Below, piece by piece: positions 42,128 to 51,582 of a DNA stretch of 63,331 nt. Numbering within the stretch: the first letter of the stretch is position 1; every line of letters starts with the position of its first letter. The notes below the pieces were generated by a model. The model ran no database searches and was not told the DNA's origin. It saw only the letters and a program-made list of their open reading frames with translations. The stretch is from Candidatus Parcubacteria bacterium (GTDB taxonomy: Bacteria > Patescibacteriota > Minisyncoccia > Phycocordibacterales > UBA918): contig JBJOPW010000006.1 in NCBI GenBank assembly GCA_046050355.1, positions 1 through 63,331 of the forward strand, given 5' to 3'. The translations under genes were made by a program, and so were the position numbers.

Positions 42128-44383
42128 ATGTATCTCAAGGAACTAACGATTAATGGCTTTAAGTCATTTGCAAAAAAAAGCGAGCTCGAATTTTCGGCGC
42201 CGATCACTGCCATTGTCGGGCCAAATGGTTCGGGCAAGAGTAACGTGGCTGAGTCGTTTCGGTTTGTGCTTGGTGAGCAGTCGGTCAAGTCACTTCGTGG
42301 AAAAAAAGGTGAAGATCTTATTTGGGGTGGAAGTGAAGGAGTTTCGCGCGGGAACCGGGCTTCGGTCGTGGTTGAACTTGATAATACCAAACGAGTTTTT
42401 GCGCTCGATTTTGATACTATAAAAATTGAACGTATTGTGCATCGTGATGGTCAAAACGAGTACCTCATCAACGACTCCCAAGTCCGCCTCAAAGATGTAC
42501 AGGAGCTCCTCGCTGCCGCCAACATCGGTTCTACCGGACATCACATTATTTCGCAAGGTGAAGCCGACCGTATTCTTTCGGCTTCGGGCAAAGAACGTCG
42601 CGAGATGATTGAAGATGCGCTTGGGCTTAAGGTTTATCAATACAAAAAAACCGAAGCAGAAAAGAAATTAGAGAAAACCAAAGAGAATATCCTGCAGGTT
42701 GAGTCACTACGTCGCGAGCTAGCACCACATCTCAAGTATCTCAAAAAGCAGGTAGAGCGGGTCGAAAAATCTTTGGCGGTCCAAACTGAACTGAAGTCGC
42801 TGTATGCGACCTATCTCAAGCGTGAGGATGTGTACTTGGCCCATCATGCTGATCGGCTTGACCTTGCACGCCGTGAGCCGACCAAACAACTGACTCTACT
42901 CCAGGAGAAGTTAGTTGCTGCAAAGACCTTTCTCCGTAATGCCGAAGCTGCCAAAGATACCAGTGCGGTGATTGAGGCCGAAGAAGCACTGGCGAGTGCT
43001 CGTAAGGTGCGGGCCGATCTCCTGCGGGCCTTAGGTGCCGTCGAAGGTGAGGTGACGTATATCAAGCGACGAATTGCAGCGGCCACGAAGGTGGAAACAT
43101 CAGTAGCAAAGCAGGTGATTAGCGCTGAAGCGCTTGAGGAGCTTGTACAAGCTGTAGAACAAGAAACCGAAAAAGCCCTTGCCCGTGGAGACGAGGCGAC
43201 ACTGCGTCGTGCGCTCCAAGACCTCGTCCATAGTCTCCGCGCTTTTTTGAAACGCACCGAACCAACGGCATTTTCCGATACTGCAGAACTCGAAGTGGAA
43301 CTCAAAGACATTGAAGCCAAACATGCTACCTTGACAAGTGACTATGAAGCCGCGCTCTCGGTAGAGAAGGGGGCAGAAGTACACTACAATCATCTGAAAC
43401 AAGCGATTGAGACTGAGGCGGTTGAGAGTCGTCAGGCAGAACGAGCTGTGTTTGAGTTGGTAGGGGAAGTCCGCAAGGTCGAAACCGAAATCGAACAAAT
43501 TGATCGCGAACGCGAGGTGATTAATCGTGATCGTGAAGAATTTAAACGAGAGTTACAGGAGGCGGTGGCGCTTATCAAAAGTGCTGCAGCTCATTATTTT
43601 AATCACGAGATTGTCGAAAATGGCGTAGCGGTTTCAAACGAAGTGATTGTGTCTGAAGACCGCTCACTGCAGCGCGAACGTCGCCGTGAACTTGAAAAAC
43701 TCAAGATTCGTCTTGAGGAACTAGGACAAGGAGCCACCGAAGATGTGGTCGACGAATACAACAAAGCGGTTGAGCGCGATCAATTCCTCGAGCGTGAAAT
43801 CACTGACCTATCAACGTCGGTCACCAATCTTGAAGGGCTTATCACTGAGCTCAATGGCCAGCTTCACGAGCGCTTTGTAGCGGGTATCGAAAAGATTGCG
43901 ACTGAGTTTAATCGGTTCTTTGTACTGATGTTTGGTGGTGGGAGTGCCGGGCTTACTCGGGTGAAGCCAAAAATCAAACGGGTCACTGAAGACGGGGAAG
44001 AGGTAGAAGAAGAGGGTGAAGAGACTGCCGAAGGGGTAGAGTTATCAATCAGTCTCCCGAACAAGCGGGTGAAAGGGCTTGAGATGCTCTCGGGTGGTGA
44101 GCGAGCACTCACCTCCATCGCACTCATTTTTGCGATGAGTCAGATTAATCCACCGCTCTTTATTATTCTTGACGAAACTGACGCCGCGCTCGACGAGGCT
44201 AATAGTCGCCGCTATGGGGACATGATCAGTGCCTTGGCTGAGAAGTCACAACTGATTTTGATCACCCATAATCGCGAGACGATGAGTCGGGCCGGCATCC
44301 TCTACGGAGTCACTATGGGGAGTGATGGGGTATCGAAGCTTCTTTCGGTGAAGTTTGATGAAGCGGTTGCGGTAGCAAAATAA
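42128..44383 (+). CDS. smc: SMC-family chromosome segregation ATPase, short form without obvious hinge
   Basis: Walker A GPNGSGKSN within MYLKELTINGFKSFA..., signature LSGGERALTSIALIFA, Walker B FIILDETDAALD. About 400 aa of continuous coiled-coil lie between the head halves. 751 aa. Confidence 0.85.
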   Translation: MYLKELTINGFKSFAKKSELEFSAPITAIVGPNGSGKSNVAESFRFVLGEQSVKSLRGKKGEDLIWGGSEGVSRGNRASVVVELDNTKRVFALDFDTIKIERIVHRDGQNEYLINDSQVRLKDVQELLAAANIGSTGHHIISQGEADRILSASGKERREMIEDALGLKVYQYKKTEAEKKLEKTKENILQVESLRRELAPHLKYLKKQVERVEKSLAVQTELKSLYATYLKREDVYLAHHADRLDLARREPTKQLTLLQEKLVAAKTFLRNAEAAKDTSAVIEAEEALASARKVRADLLRALGAVEGEVTYIKRRIAAATKVETSVAKQVISAEALEELVQAVEQETEKALARGDEATLRRALQDLVHSLRAFLKRTEPTAFSDTAELEVELKDIEAKHATLTSDYEAALSVEKGAEVHYNHLKQAIETEAVESRQAERAVFELVGEVRKVETEIEQIDREREVINRDREEFKRELQEAVALIKSAAAHYFNHEIVENGVAVSNEVIVSEDRSLQRERRRELEKLKIRLEELGQGATEDVVDEYNKAVERDQFLEREITDLSTSVTNLEGLITELNGQLHERFVAGIEKIATEFNRFFVLMFGGGSAGLTRVKPKIKRVTEDGEEVEEEGEETAEGVELSISLPNKRVKGLEMLSGGERALTSIALIFAMSQINPPLFIILDETDAALDEANSRRYGDMISALAEKSQLILITHNRETMSRAGILYGVTMGSDGVSKLLSVKFDEAVAVAK

Positions 44384-44385
44384 TT

Positions 44386-45312
44386 ATGTTTGAAAAATTT
44401 CGTAAATCTACCGACCTTGACGACAGGACTCCAGTTGATCAGAAACGCCGTTTTCTGATGATAGGTGGATTGGCGAGTGTTGCAGTAGCAGGATTTAGTC
44501 TAGCTGATAAAGAAAGGGAAATAGGTCACGATAGTAATAAAGAACCACACACAGAAACTGCAAGTAACGACCTGGTTGGTGAAGAAATAGCTGGTGACGT
44601 AGAGCGGATGAAAACTAACAGTGGACATTTTTATGCCGAACGTGATCAATTTGCTGCTGCATATGTATCTGAACTACAGATAATGGAGAACCCAGAAAAA
44701 TTAAAGACCCTTCTTGATAAATATTTTGATATTAGTGCAATACCAAATAATGTTCTTCGTCAGGAAGTAATGGATAACCTGTATGGACTAGCGTTTGTGG
44801 AGTCGCGTTATGATGAGGTGCGAGTGAGTGAAGTAGGGGCGTTCGGACTTATGCAGTTGATGCCTGAGACCTGGAATACGCTTGCATTACCAGATGAGGA
44901 TCCAACCAATGTAATTGATCAGATCAAAGTTGCGGCTCGACTGGTTGTACAGTCTTGTCGGTATATTTCAGAGCAGTGCCGAAATGAATTAGGTCTTATA
45001 ACTACCAATCATTTCAATGGGGATGAGCCAGCGATGCAAAAATACTTTTTTGGACCGGTACTCATCGGTGCCTATAACAGTGGTATGGGTAATTTGGAGA
45101 AGATTATTAAAAATTTTGTGTTGTTGTATCCAAGAGCCACTGAGTTAATTGATATGTTTGATGGCGTCGATATTCCAACTGGCTATGATGTCTATTTTGG
45201 TATGACAAAGGCAGCAATGCTTGAGGAGTGGCGTCCAAACTATAAGATTCATGGTAGTGAGTATACGGCAAAAGTATATGGTGCAACCTTGGCGATGACC
45301 GGTGCAACATAG
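44386..45312 (+). CDS. SLT-domain lytic transglycosylase
   Basis: N-terminal TM segment. LAFVESRYDE, GAFGLMQLMPETW and IGAYNSGMGN match SLT family motifs (catalytic Glu-Ser). Confidence 0.8.
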   Translation: MFEKFRKSTDLDDRTPVDQKRRFLMIGGLASVAVAGFSLADKEREIGHDSNKEPHTETASNDLVGEEIAGDVERMKTNSGHFYAERDQFAAAYVSELQIMENPEKLKTLLDKYFDISAIPNNVLRQEVMDNLYGLAFVESRYDEVRVSEVGAFGLMQLMPETWNTLALPDEDPTNVIDQIKVAARLVVQSCRYISEQCRNELGLITTNHFNGDEPAMQKYFFGPVLIGAYNSGMGNLEKIIKNFVLLYPRATELIDMFDGVDIPTGYDVYFGMTKAAMLEEWRPNYKIHGSEYTAKVYGATLAMTGAT

Positions 45313-45334
45313 AGTATCGGGTGTAAAGCAATTG

Positions 45335-45373
45335 CCGGTAGAACATATGACGAGAGTCAGTTTGTTCTACCGG
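45335..45373. terminator. hairpin between convergent genes 44386..45312 and 45367..45684
   Basis: CCGGTAGAACA-17 nt-TGTTCTACCGG. Confidence 0.45.
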
Positions 45374-45684
45374 CGTTTGTTCTGCCTCACTCGTCTTTGT
45401 TCGCGGTTAAGGGGATACCGCTTTTTCGTTACCAAGTTCGTGAGGTTGACTGCTCTATGGCGGAGAGTATTTGTCACAAACACCCGCAGTTTGTGGGGGT
45501 CGCTGGTGCGGTAGTTAACCGATACCAGAAACTCGTTTTCAATCGGGTGAGCATCGAATCCCCAACGCGATACGTCAACAATTATTGTGGGAAATTGTTG
45601 GCGGAGGCGCTTTTCGGCCTCTTCGAGAAGGTCGATTCGACGATTAATTGTCTTGGCACTAATTATGAATTTCAGCTCAAACAC
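45367..45684 (-). CDS. hypothetical small basic protein (SD-led)
   Basis: GTG 45684 lies 6 nt after AGGAGG (45691-45696, minus strand). The listed ORF extends to ATG 45729. It lies downstream of rnr on the same strand. No motif recognised. Confidence 0.45.
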   Translation of the reverse strand: MFELKFIISAKTINRRIDLLEEAEKRLRQQFPTIIVDVSRWGFDAHPIENEFLVSVNYRTSDPHKLRVFVTNTLRHRAVNLTNLVTKKRYPLNREQRRVRQNKRR

Positions 45685-45774
45685 CACACACCTCCTTTCC
45701 AGCACTGCTAGCTGGCGACACACTACCATAAGCGAGGAAAATAAGAAAGGACGCCTTTCTGGCGTCCTTTCTTA

Positions 45775-47712
45775 TTATTTGGTGACTAACTCAAAGTCGA
45801 GTTGACGTTCTTCGGCATCTGCGCGCGTAAGCTTCACTCGCACTGTATCACCGAGGCGATAGACTTTGCTGGTCTTTTGGCCTTTGATTTGGTACTTACT
45901 CGCTTCATGCTCAAAGTAGTCAGACTTGATAGTCGCGAGACGAACCATACCCTCACAGAGCGCTTCTTGTTCCTGGACATAGATACCCCAGTCGGCAGTG
46001 CCGGTGATGACCGCATCAAATTCCTTACCGACATTGTTCATCATGAACTCTACCTGCTTGAACTTAATTGAGTCACGTTCGGCCGAGACAGCTTCCATTT
46101 CACGTTTTGAAGATTGGATGCTGACGGCTTCATACGCACTGACTTCACCGGCGGCAATTGGCTGGTTGTCGAGATGGAGGCGCAAGAGGCGGTGGGCGAG
46201 GAGGTCAGGGTAGCGGCGAATCGGGGACGTGAAGTGGGTGTAGAACTTAAACGCGAGACCAAAGTGCCCGATGTTCTTCGTTGAGTAGACTGCCTTGGCC
46301 ATTGAGCGAATCGTTGCCGTCTTAATGAGGTTTTCTTCTGGTGTGCCGGTCACCTCCTTGAGGAGCTTATTGATATCAGTCGCTTTTACGATACCTTTAT
46401 GGACTTCAAACTCGTACCCAAGCACGCGCAAGAAAAGTGAGAGTTCTTCGATCTTATCGGGATTTGGCAGGTCATGGATACGATAAATGAAGGCATGGTC
46501 GCGCCCACGCTTTTCGGCGAGGTTGTAGATATGTTCCGCGACCCGTTCGTTCGCAAGCAACATAAAATCCTCAATCATCATCATGGTCTCAGTGCGAGTC
46601 TTCTTAAATGCCCGAATCGGCTTACCACGTTCATCGAGTTCAAATTTCACTTCCGGTTGCTCAAAGGCGATGGCGCCGTTACTGTAGCGGCGCTTACGGA
46701 GGATGCGACCAAGATCCATCATGATCAAGAGTTCAGCGAGGTAGTCGCCACTCCCGGTATCAAGGGTAGTCTGTGCATCTTCGTAGGCATAACGGCGGTC
46801 ACTATTGATGACGGTCTGCCCGTACCATTCACCGACTACACGTGCATCTTTGGTCATTTCAAAGACGGCCGAGAAGGCGAGACGGTCTTCGTGAGGACGG
46901 AGTGAACAAAGATCGTTACTGAGAACCTCTGGCAACATCGGAATCACGCGGTCAACGAGATAGACTGATGTCCCACGCTCTTTGGCTTCTTGGTCGAGGA
47001 GACTGCCTTTAGTGACGTAATGTGAGACGTCCGCAATATGGATACCAATTTCGTAGTTACCATTAGGAAGCGTTTGGAGTGAAAGCGCATCGTCAAAGTC
47101 TTTAGCGTCGTGTGGGTCAATCGTCATGGTGGTCACGCTACGCATATCCCGCCGCTTCGGGTCCTTGAGTGCCTCCGCAAAAATCTCGGCCTGGCGTTCG
47201 TAGAGGCCATGGGCTTCTTTTTGGACTACTTCGGGGAAGGCCTTTGAAAAGCCGCCGCTGCGGATAATCGCCTGCATTTCAGTCTCGTGGTCGCCGGCAC
47301 GTCCGAGGGTTTCAGTGATGGTACCAATAGGGTCGGTATGTTCGCTCGTCCAGCTTGCGATCTCAATTGCTACCTTCATGCCGAGATCGTTCACAGTGGC
47401 GGTTGGGAGGACGGGTCGCACGTGGATACGGTGATTGTCTGGGGCAAAGTAGTACTGCTTTTTGCCTTCGACCTCACGTTCTTTGACGGTTCCGATGAGT
47501 TCTTGCCAGGTGCGGGTAATGACGCGGACTACCTTGCCCTCCTGACGTTTACCAGGAACCTTCTTTTTGAGGCTGATTTCGACAATGTCGCCATCAAGGC
47601 CAAAACCAAGGGATTCGCGTTCAATAACGATATCTTCGTCGTGGTCCGGTAACTTTATAAAACCAGTCCCTTTACCGCGTACCATCAGTACGCCTTCGTA
47701 TACAGATTCCAT
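45775..47712 (-). CDS. rnr: ribonuclease R
   Basis: RNB domain (DAKDFDDALS, HFGLAFKFYTHFTSPIRRYPDLLAHR), an N-terminal CSD-like region and a C-terminal S1 domain. ATG 47712 lies 8 nt after a minus-strand TATACT (47721-47726). Confidence 0.93.
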   Translation of the reverse strand: MESVYEGVLMVRGKGTGFIKLPDHDEDIVIERESLGFGLDGDIVEISLKKKVPGKRQEGKVVRVITRTWQELIGTVKEREVEGKKQYYFAPDNHRIHVRPVLPTATVNDLGMKVAIEIASWTSEHTDPIGTITETLGRAGDHETEMQAIIRSGGFSKAFPEVVQKEAHGLYERQAEIFAEALKDPKRRDMRSVTTMTIDPHDAKDFDDALSLQTLPNGNYEIGIHIADVSHYVTKGSLLDQEAKERGTSVYLVDRVIPMLPEVLSNDLCSLRPHEDRLAFSAVFEMTKDARVVGEWYGQTVINSDRRYAYEDAQTTLDTGSGDYLAELLIMMDLGRILRKRRYSNGAIAFEQPEVKFELDERGKPIRAFKKTRTETMMMIEDFMLLANERVAEHIYNLAEKRGRDHAFIYRIHDLPNPDKIEELSLFLRVLGYEFEVHKGIVKATDINKLLKEVTGTPEENLIKTATIRSMAKAVYSTKNIGHFGLAFKFYTHFTSPIRRYPDLLAHRLLRLHLDNQPIAAGEVSAYEAVSIQSSKREMEAVSAERDSIKFKQVEFMMNNVGKEFDAVITGTADWGIYVQEQEALCEGMVRLATIKSDYFEHEASKYQIKGQKTSKVYRLGDTVRVKLTRADAEERQLDFELVTK

Positions 47713-47779
47713 TGAGGTCGAGTATAGCAGGCAATGGTCTATTGACCAAATCAATCATATCTGCTACTCTTTCGCCACT

Positions 47780-48214
47780 ATGTTAATGATGCGTTTAAAG
47801 CGTGTAGGCCGCAAAAACAACCCAAGCTACCGTATCGTAGTGGTTGATAAGCGTACGAGCGTAAAAAGTAATAAAACTGTCGACCTTCTTGGCTCATATG
47901 ACCCAAAGCTCGGCCGTATTTCTATTAATGGTGATAAAGCCAAGCACTGGCTTGCAAATGGTGTTCAGCCATCAGTGACCGTGTACAACATGCTTGTCAC
48001 CGAGAAGATTGTTGAAGGCAAGAAGAAGAATGCACTGCCAAAGAAGTCACCAATCATCGACGAAGCGAAGCTTAAGGCCGAAGCTGACGCCAAAGCAGCT
48101 GCCGAAGCTGCCAAGAAGGCTGAAGAAGAAGCAGCTGCCGCTCCAGCGCCAGAAGCAGAAACTTCTGCGGAAGCACCAGCTGAGACTCCAGCCGAAGAAG
48201 CAAAGGCCGAGTAA
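47780..48214 (+). CDS. rpsP: 30S ribosomal protein S16 with Ala/Glu/Lys-rich C-terminal extension
   Basis: MRLKRVGRKNNPSYRIVVVD and GSYDP motifs. The listed ORF start 47567 overlaps rnr. ATG 47780 (or 47789) is preferred. Confidence 0.9.
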   Translation: MLMMRLKRVGRKNNPSYRIVVVDKRTSVKSNKTVDLLGSYDPKLGRISINGDKAKHWLANGVQPSVTVYNMLVTEKIVEGKKKNALPKKSPIIDEAKLKAEADAKAAAEAAKKAEEEAAAAPAPEAETSAEAPAETPAEEAKAE

Positions 48215-48375
48215 GTCACAGAAACTCCTTATTTTTCATACAGCCCGTCCTTGATTTGTTCAAGACGGGCTGTTGACGTACCTACGATACCCCCGTACCA
48301 TATATATACGTCTACTGTGTCGCTTGATTACCTCCGCGCACACGTGACATTTACACGATAGTATACGAATACGAT

Positions 48376-48726
48376 ATGCACGAAGATCAGCAATTTCTAG
48401 AAACGGTAGTCAAGGCATTGGTCGATAATCCAGGTTCAGTCCATATCAACCGTACGGTTGATGAGATGGGTGTACTTTTGACGCTTGATGTTCACGCTGA
48501 CGATATGGGTAAGATTATTGGTCGCTCGGGCAATACCGCCAAGGCCATCCGTACACTCCTCCGAGTGGTCGGGATGAAGCACGATGCTCGCGTAAACCTC
48601 AAGATTAATGAACCAGAGGGAGGCAAGGGGATGACCCGCGAAATGAGTGAAGCGATGGAAGATGAAGGGATAGTATCAAGCAGCACTAAGAGTCTCGACG
48701 AAGCCATTGATGACCTAAAAATCTAA
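48376..48726 (+). CDS. KH-domain RNA-binding protein (YlqC/UPF0109-like)
   Basis: MGKIIGRSGNTAKAIRTLL has the GxxG KH motif. The position after rpsP is conserved. Confidence 0.85.
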   Translation: MHEDQQFLETVVKALVDNPGSVHINRTVDEMGVLLTLDVHADDMGKIIGRSGNTAKAIRTLLRVVGMKHDARVNLKINEPEGGKGMTREMSEAMEDEGIVSSSTKSLDEAIDDLKI

Positions 48727-48839
48727 TATACTGGCAAATTTCTTTGTTGGACTACGAAAAAAGACGCTCAAAGTACAAACTCGTACATCTCGCGTCTTTT
48801 TTCTTGTCCGCCTCGAACTTTACTCAGTCTCTTAGATTT
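48719..48839 (+). repeat. probable module copy F (after the KH-domain gene)
   Basis: The closing pair is AAATCTAA/TTAGATTT (includes the TAA stop). A block 1-like TTTCTTTGTTGG precedes the central terminator hairpin 48757-48802. A block 2-like CCGCCTCGAAC follows. Confidence 0.5.
48757..48802 (+). terminator. intrinsic terminator after the KH-domain gene
   Basis: AAAAAAGACGC...GCGTCTTTTTT is an 11-bp stem that includes the U tract. An inner GTAC/GTAC helix is present. Confidence 0.65.
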
Positions 48840-48855
48840 AGAGTTGGTACGTAAA

Positions 48856-48892
48856 CAAAAACAGGCGGAACCTTCGGTTCCGCCTGTTTTTG
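48856..48892. terminator. bidirectional terminator upstream of the NADAR gene
   Basis: CAAAAACAGGCGGAACC-TTC-GGTTCCGCCTGTTTTTG. Confidence 0.75.
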
Positions 48893-48908
48893 TGCTACGC
48901 TTTTCAAT

Positions 48909-49394
48909 ATGGCAAACACCGACCATCTCTTCTTAGGTGCAGATTGTAATCCAAAAGACACAGCACCAATAAACTTCGTTGAAACCCGTTTTAATGACCT
49001 CTCGCCATTTTCTGCGCATGAGATAATCGTTGATGGTATAGTCTGCAAAACTGTTGAGCATGGCTATCAAGCCCTCCGTATCAAACTAGGTCCCGAACGA
49101 GATGAAGTGCTCGCCGCCCGCAGCCCGATGGATGCCTGGCGTGCTGGGCAAAAGTACAAAAGTAACCCATCTCTTCAGGCTGAAGGTTATGATAAATATG
49201 TACTGATGGAGTGTTTATGTCGTCTAAAGCTCGAACAGCATGCGGACGTACAGGCTGTCCTCGCTGCCACCGGTAAGCGTGAGTTACTTAAGGTATATGA
49301 CACCGACTATTACTGGGGCACAGGCGCTGATGGTAGTGGCGAAAATCAACTCGGGAAGATTTGGATGAAATTACGTGCTGAATTGTTCACCTAA
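48909..49394 (+). CDS. NADAR (YbiA/DUF1768) family protein
   Basis: TVEHGYQALR, AWRAGQKYK and DYYWGTGADGSGENQLGKIWMKLR match the NADAR signature. Confidence 0.8.
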   Translation: MANTDHLFLGADCNPKDTAPINFVETRFNDLSPFSAHEIIVDGIVCKTVEHGYQALRIKLGPERDEVLAARSPMDAWRAGQKYKSNPSLQAEGYDKYVLMECLCRLKLEQHADVQAVLAATGKRELLKVYDTDYYWGTGADGSGENQLGKIWMKLRAELFT

Positions 49395-49479
49395 CCAATA
49401 CGCCAATACTTCATTTAAATGAAGTATGAAGGCTATCAATTTCTTCGTCAGATTGGTATTCATGTGTTAGGATTTTCGT

Positions 49480-50361
49480 ATGACTGAGTCTTACAGTAAA
49501 AATCCAAAAAATTGGTCTGAGGCAATGCAAGGCGAGTACGGCATCTCTGCATTACATGAAGCATATTTTACTGAAATACAAAATGATTCTTATAGTGAAA
49601 CAACCCTAAACTTTTTTAAAAACCAGGTTTCAATTGAGACTTTTTTCAGAGACACGGGTGAGCAATCAGAATTCCCACTTGCATCATTAACGAGTGCAAA
49701 GACCAATAGATATTTAAAAGTAAAAGAAAGTTTCCCCAATGTACCAAAATTGATTATTGCCGGTACGGAGACAGAGGATTCTAGTCACGATGTACTCTTA
49801 AAAAACTTACTTACATCTGCTGGCACATTAGCGATTGCCAGTTATTATTTATTAGGTCAAAATCGGTTTGATAGGTGGAGAAACTTTGCCTCAATGCCTG
49901 ATAAGCAATCAACGGCCATGTCATCACTTGATCTAAATACCCCTACAGCAGTACTTTTAGACAACTTTGACACCCTACTAAATGTTTTTCGTGTTGCTAC
50001 ATATGATATGACTGAAACATCACAGCAATTGGAGCAAATGGAACGTTTAGTCTCGAAAGATCATGGTGATGAGCGAGGTTTAACTCAATTAGAGCAGTGC
50101 GCTCGCGCTCCGTTTGGTTTTTGGGCGCTGACACGTAAAATTGTTCCCATAGCCTGTGGAGGCGAACCAATAGTTACTAATGGAGAGGGGTTTTCACACA
50201 GATTTTTACAAACACTACGTACAGAAAAAGTATTATCAACAACAGAGCCAAACGTCCGTCATGGTGGTTGCCCGGCTCTTTATCCAGCATTTCGAAGTTT
50301 TGATCATGTAAATAAATTAGGAAAACTATTCATCATATGGCATAAACGCTTACATAGTTGA
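49480..50361 (+). CDS. hypothetical protein (AT-rich gene)
   Basis: A 293-aa ORF that looks clearly AT-richer than its neighbours by eye. Its stop lies 1 nt before the trmD ATG. No motif recognised. Confidence 0.55.
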   Translation: MTESYSKNPKNWSEAMQGEYGISALHEAYFTEIQNDSYSETTLNFFKNQVSIETFFRDTGEQSEFPLASLTSAKTNRYLKVKESFPNVPKLIIAGTETEDSSHDVLLKNLLTSAGTLAIASYYLLGQNRFDRWRNFASMPDKQSTAMSSLDLNTPTAVLLDNFDTLLNVFRVATYDMTETSQQLEQMERLVSKDHGDERGLTQLEQCARAPFGFWALTRKIVPIACGGEPIVTNGEGFSHRFLQTLRTEKVLSTTEPNVRHGGCPALYPAFRSFDHVNKLGKLFIIWHKRLHS

Positions 50362-50362
50362 T

Positions 50363-51049
50363 ATGCAATTTCACGTTATTACAATTTTCCCAGAGGTTTG
50401 TGCGGCGTACACGAACGCGAGTGTGCTTGGCCGTGCCCAAAAAGCCGAGAAAGGGAAGGGTGCCAAGGTGAAGGGGAAGCAGATTGATGTCTCGTACTAC
50501 AACCCTCGCGACTTTGCGACTGATAAACACAAGAAAGTTGATGAACGACCCTATGGCGGTGGCCCGGGTATGGTTATGCTCGCAGAGCCAATCCTTAAAG
50601 CGTGGGAGAAGGCAGTCGGGAAGAAGACAGCAAGCCTGAAGAAGGGAAAGGTGAAGACCCTCATCATGTCGCCGCGGGGGACAGTCTTTACGAACGAACT
50701 GGCGAAGTCCTGGGCTCGCAACTACGACCACCTCGTCCTCATCTCTGGGCGCTACGAAGGGATTGATGCACGGGTGAAGGATATCCTCGACGCTGAGGAG
50801 GTGTCAGTCGGCGACTACGTGCTGACCGGTGGCGAACTGCCCGCACTCACCATCATCGATAGTGTCTCGCGCCAGATTCCGGGTGTACTTGGTACCTTTG
50901 AATCACTCGAAGACGAACGGGCAACGAGTGGGGTGACCTACACCCGACCTGAGGTGCTTACATACAAAAAGAAAAAACACCCCGTTCCCGAGGTTCTTCT
51001 TAACGGCAATCATGCTGAGATAGAGAAGTGGCGCGCTGGTCTGAAGTAG
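50363..51049 (+). CDS. trmD: tRNA (guanine37-N1)-methyltransferase
   Basis: FHVITIFPE, YGGGPGMVM, LISGRYEGIDARV and GDYVLTGGELPA motifs, with a small Lys/Gly insert near the N-terminus. Confidence 0.93.
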   Translation: MQFHVITIFPEVCAAYTNASVLGRAQKAEKGKGAKVKGKQIDVSYYNPRDFATDKHKKVDERPYGGGPGMVMLAEPILKAWEKAVGKKTASLKKGKVKTLIMSPRGTVFTNELAKSWARNYDHLVLISGRYEGIDARVKDILDAEEVSVGDYVLTGGELPALTIIDSVSRQIPGVLGTFESLEDERATSGVTYTRPEVLTYKKKKHPVPEVLLNGNHAEIEKWRAGLK

Positions 51050-51062
51050 TCTCAACCTCTAA

Positions 51063-51401
51063 GTGTCTATGAAAAATCTCTTGGTCATTAAAATTATTCC
51101 AATAATAATGATTTTTGCTGGCTTTTATTTACAAATTACATCTAATATCTATTACCAAAATGCTGAGCAACAACGTGTACTTGAAAGAATTGAGACTAAG
51201 ATAGATATGCTTGCGATTGGCACATTAGATTCCGATCGCTTACTTTCATATGCTGATTCTCAAGCAAGAACCAAAGAAAAAGACGCTTTTAATGTAAAAA
51301 TATCTACAATATTGAGTGTTCTTTTATTGGTATTGGGTTTTGGGATTATGTTGGCAGGTGAGCATCTAAAAAACAGGCCTTATACTAATAAAGAATCTTA
51401 A
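51063..51401 (+). CDS. hypothetical small membrane protein (AT-rich)
   Basis: Two TM segments (LLVIKIIPIIMIFAGFYLQI; ILSVLLLVLGFGIMLAG). GTG 51063 or ATG 51069 could be the start. Confidence 0.5.
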   Translation: MSMKNLLVIKIIPIIMIFAGFYLQITSNIYYQNAEQQRVLERIETKIDMLAIGTLDSDRLLSYADSQARTKEKDAFNVKISTILSVLLLVLGFGIMLAGEHLKNRPYTNKES

Positions 51402-51411
51402 CCGAGGTAGC

Positions 51412-51439
51412 TTGCAAAAATCAGAGAAATCCGTATAAT
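51412..51439 (+). promoter_or_regulatory. consensus-like orphan promoter upstream of rpoB
   Basis: TTGCAA (51412-51417), 16 nt, then TATAAT (51434-51439). No ORF follows before the terminator at 51541-51570. Confidence 0.55.
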
Positions 51440-51540
51440 ACCCCCACAAACGCAATCTCGGGTGAGTTCTGATTGAGAGAGGTCGCGGAGGTAAATCACA
51501 GTCGTAATGACAATTTTACAAGTGCACCTCTAACATCCAT

Positions 51541-51570
51541 AAAAAAGCACAGCCACTGTGCCTTTTTGTG
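51541..51570 (+). terminator. intrinsic terminator or attenuator upstream of rpoB
   Basis: AAAAAAGCACAG-CCA-CTGTGCCTTTTTGTG. Confidence 0.6.
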
Positions 51571-51582
51571 TGTGGTAGAGCC

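Noticed and set aside
48909-50361. A DarT-NADAR-type toxin-antitoxin pair.
   Set aside because: The 293-aa neighbour shows none of the DarT/DUF4433 hallmarks I can recall. It is larger than DarT and lies downstream rather than upstream of NADAR. It is retained only as a low-confidence question in the findings.
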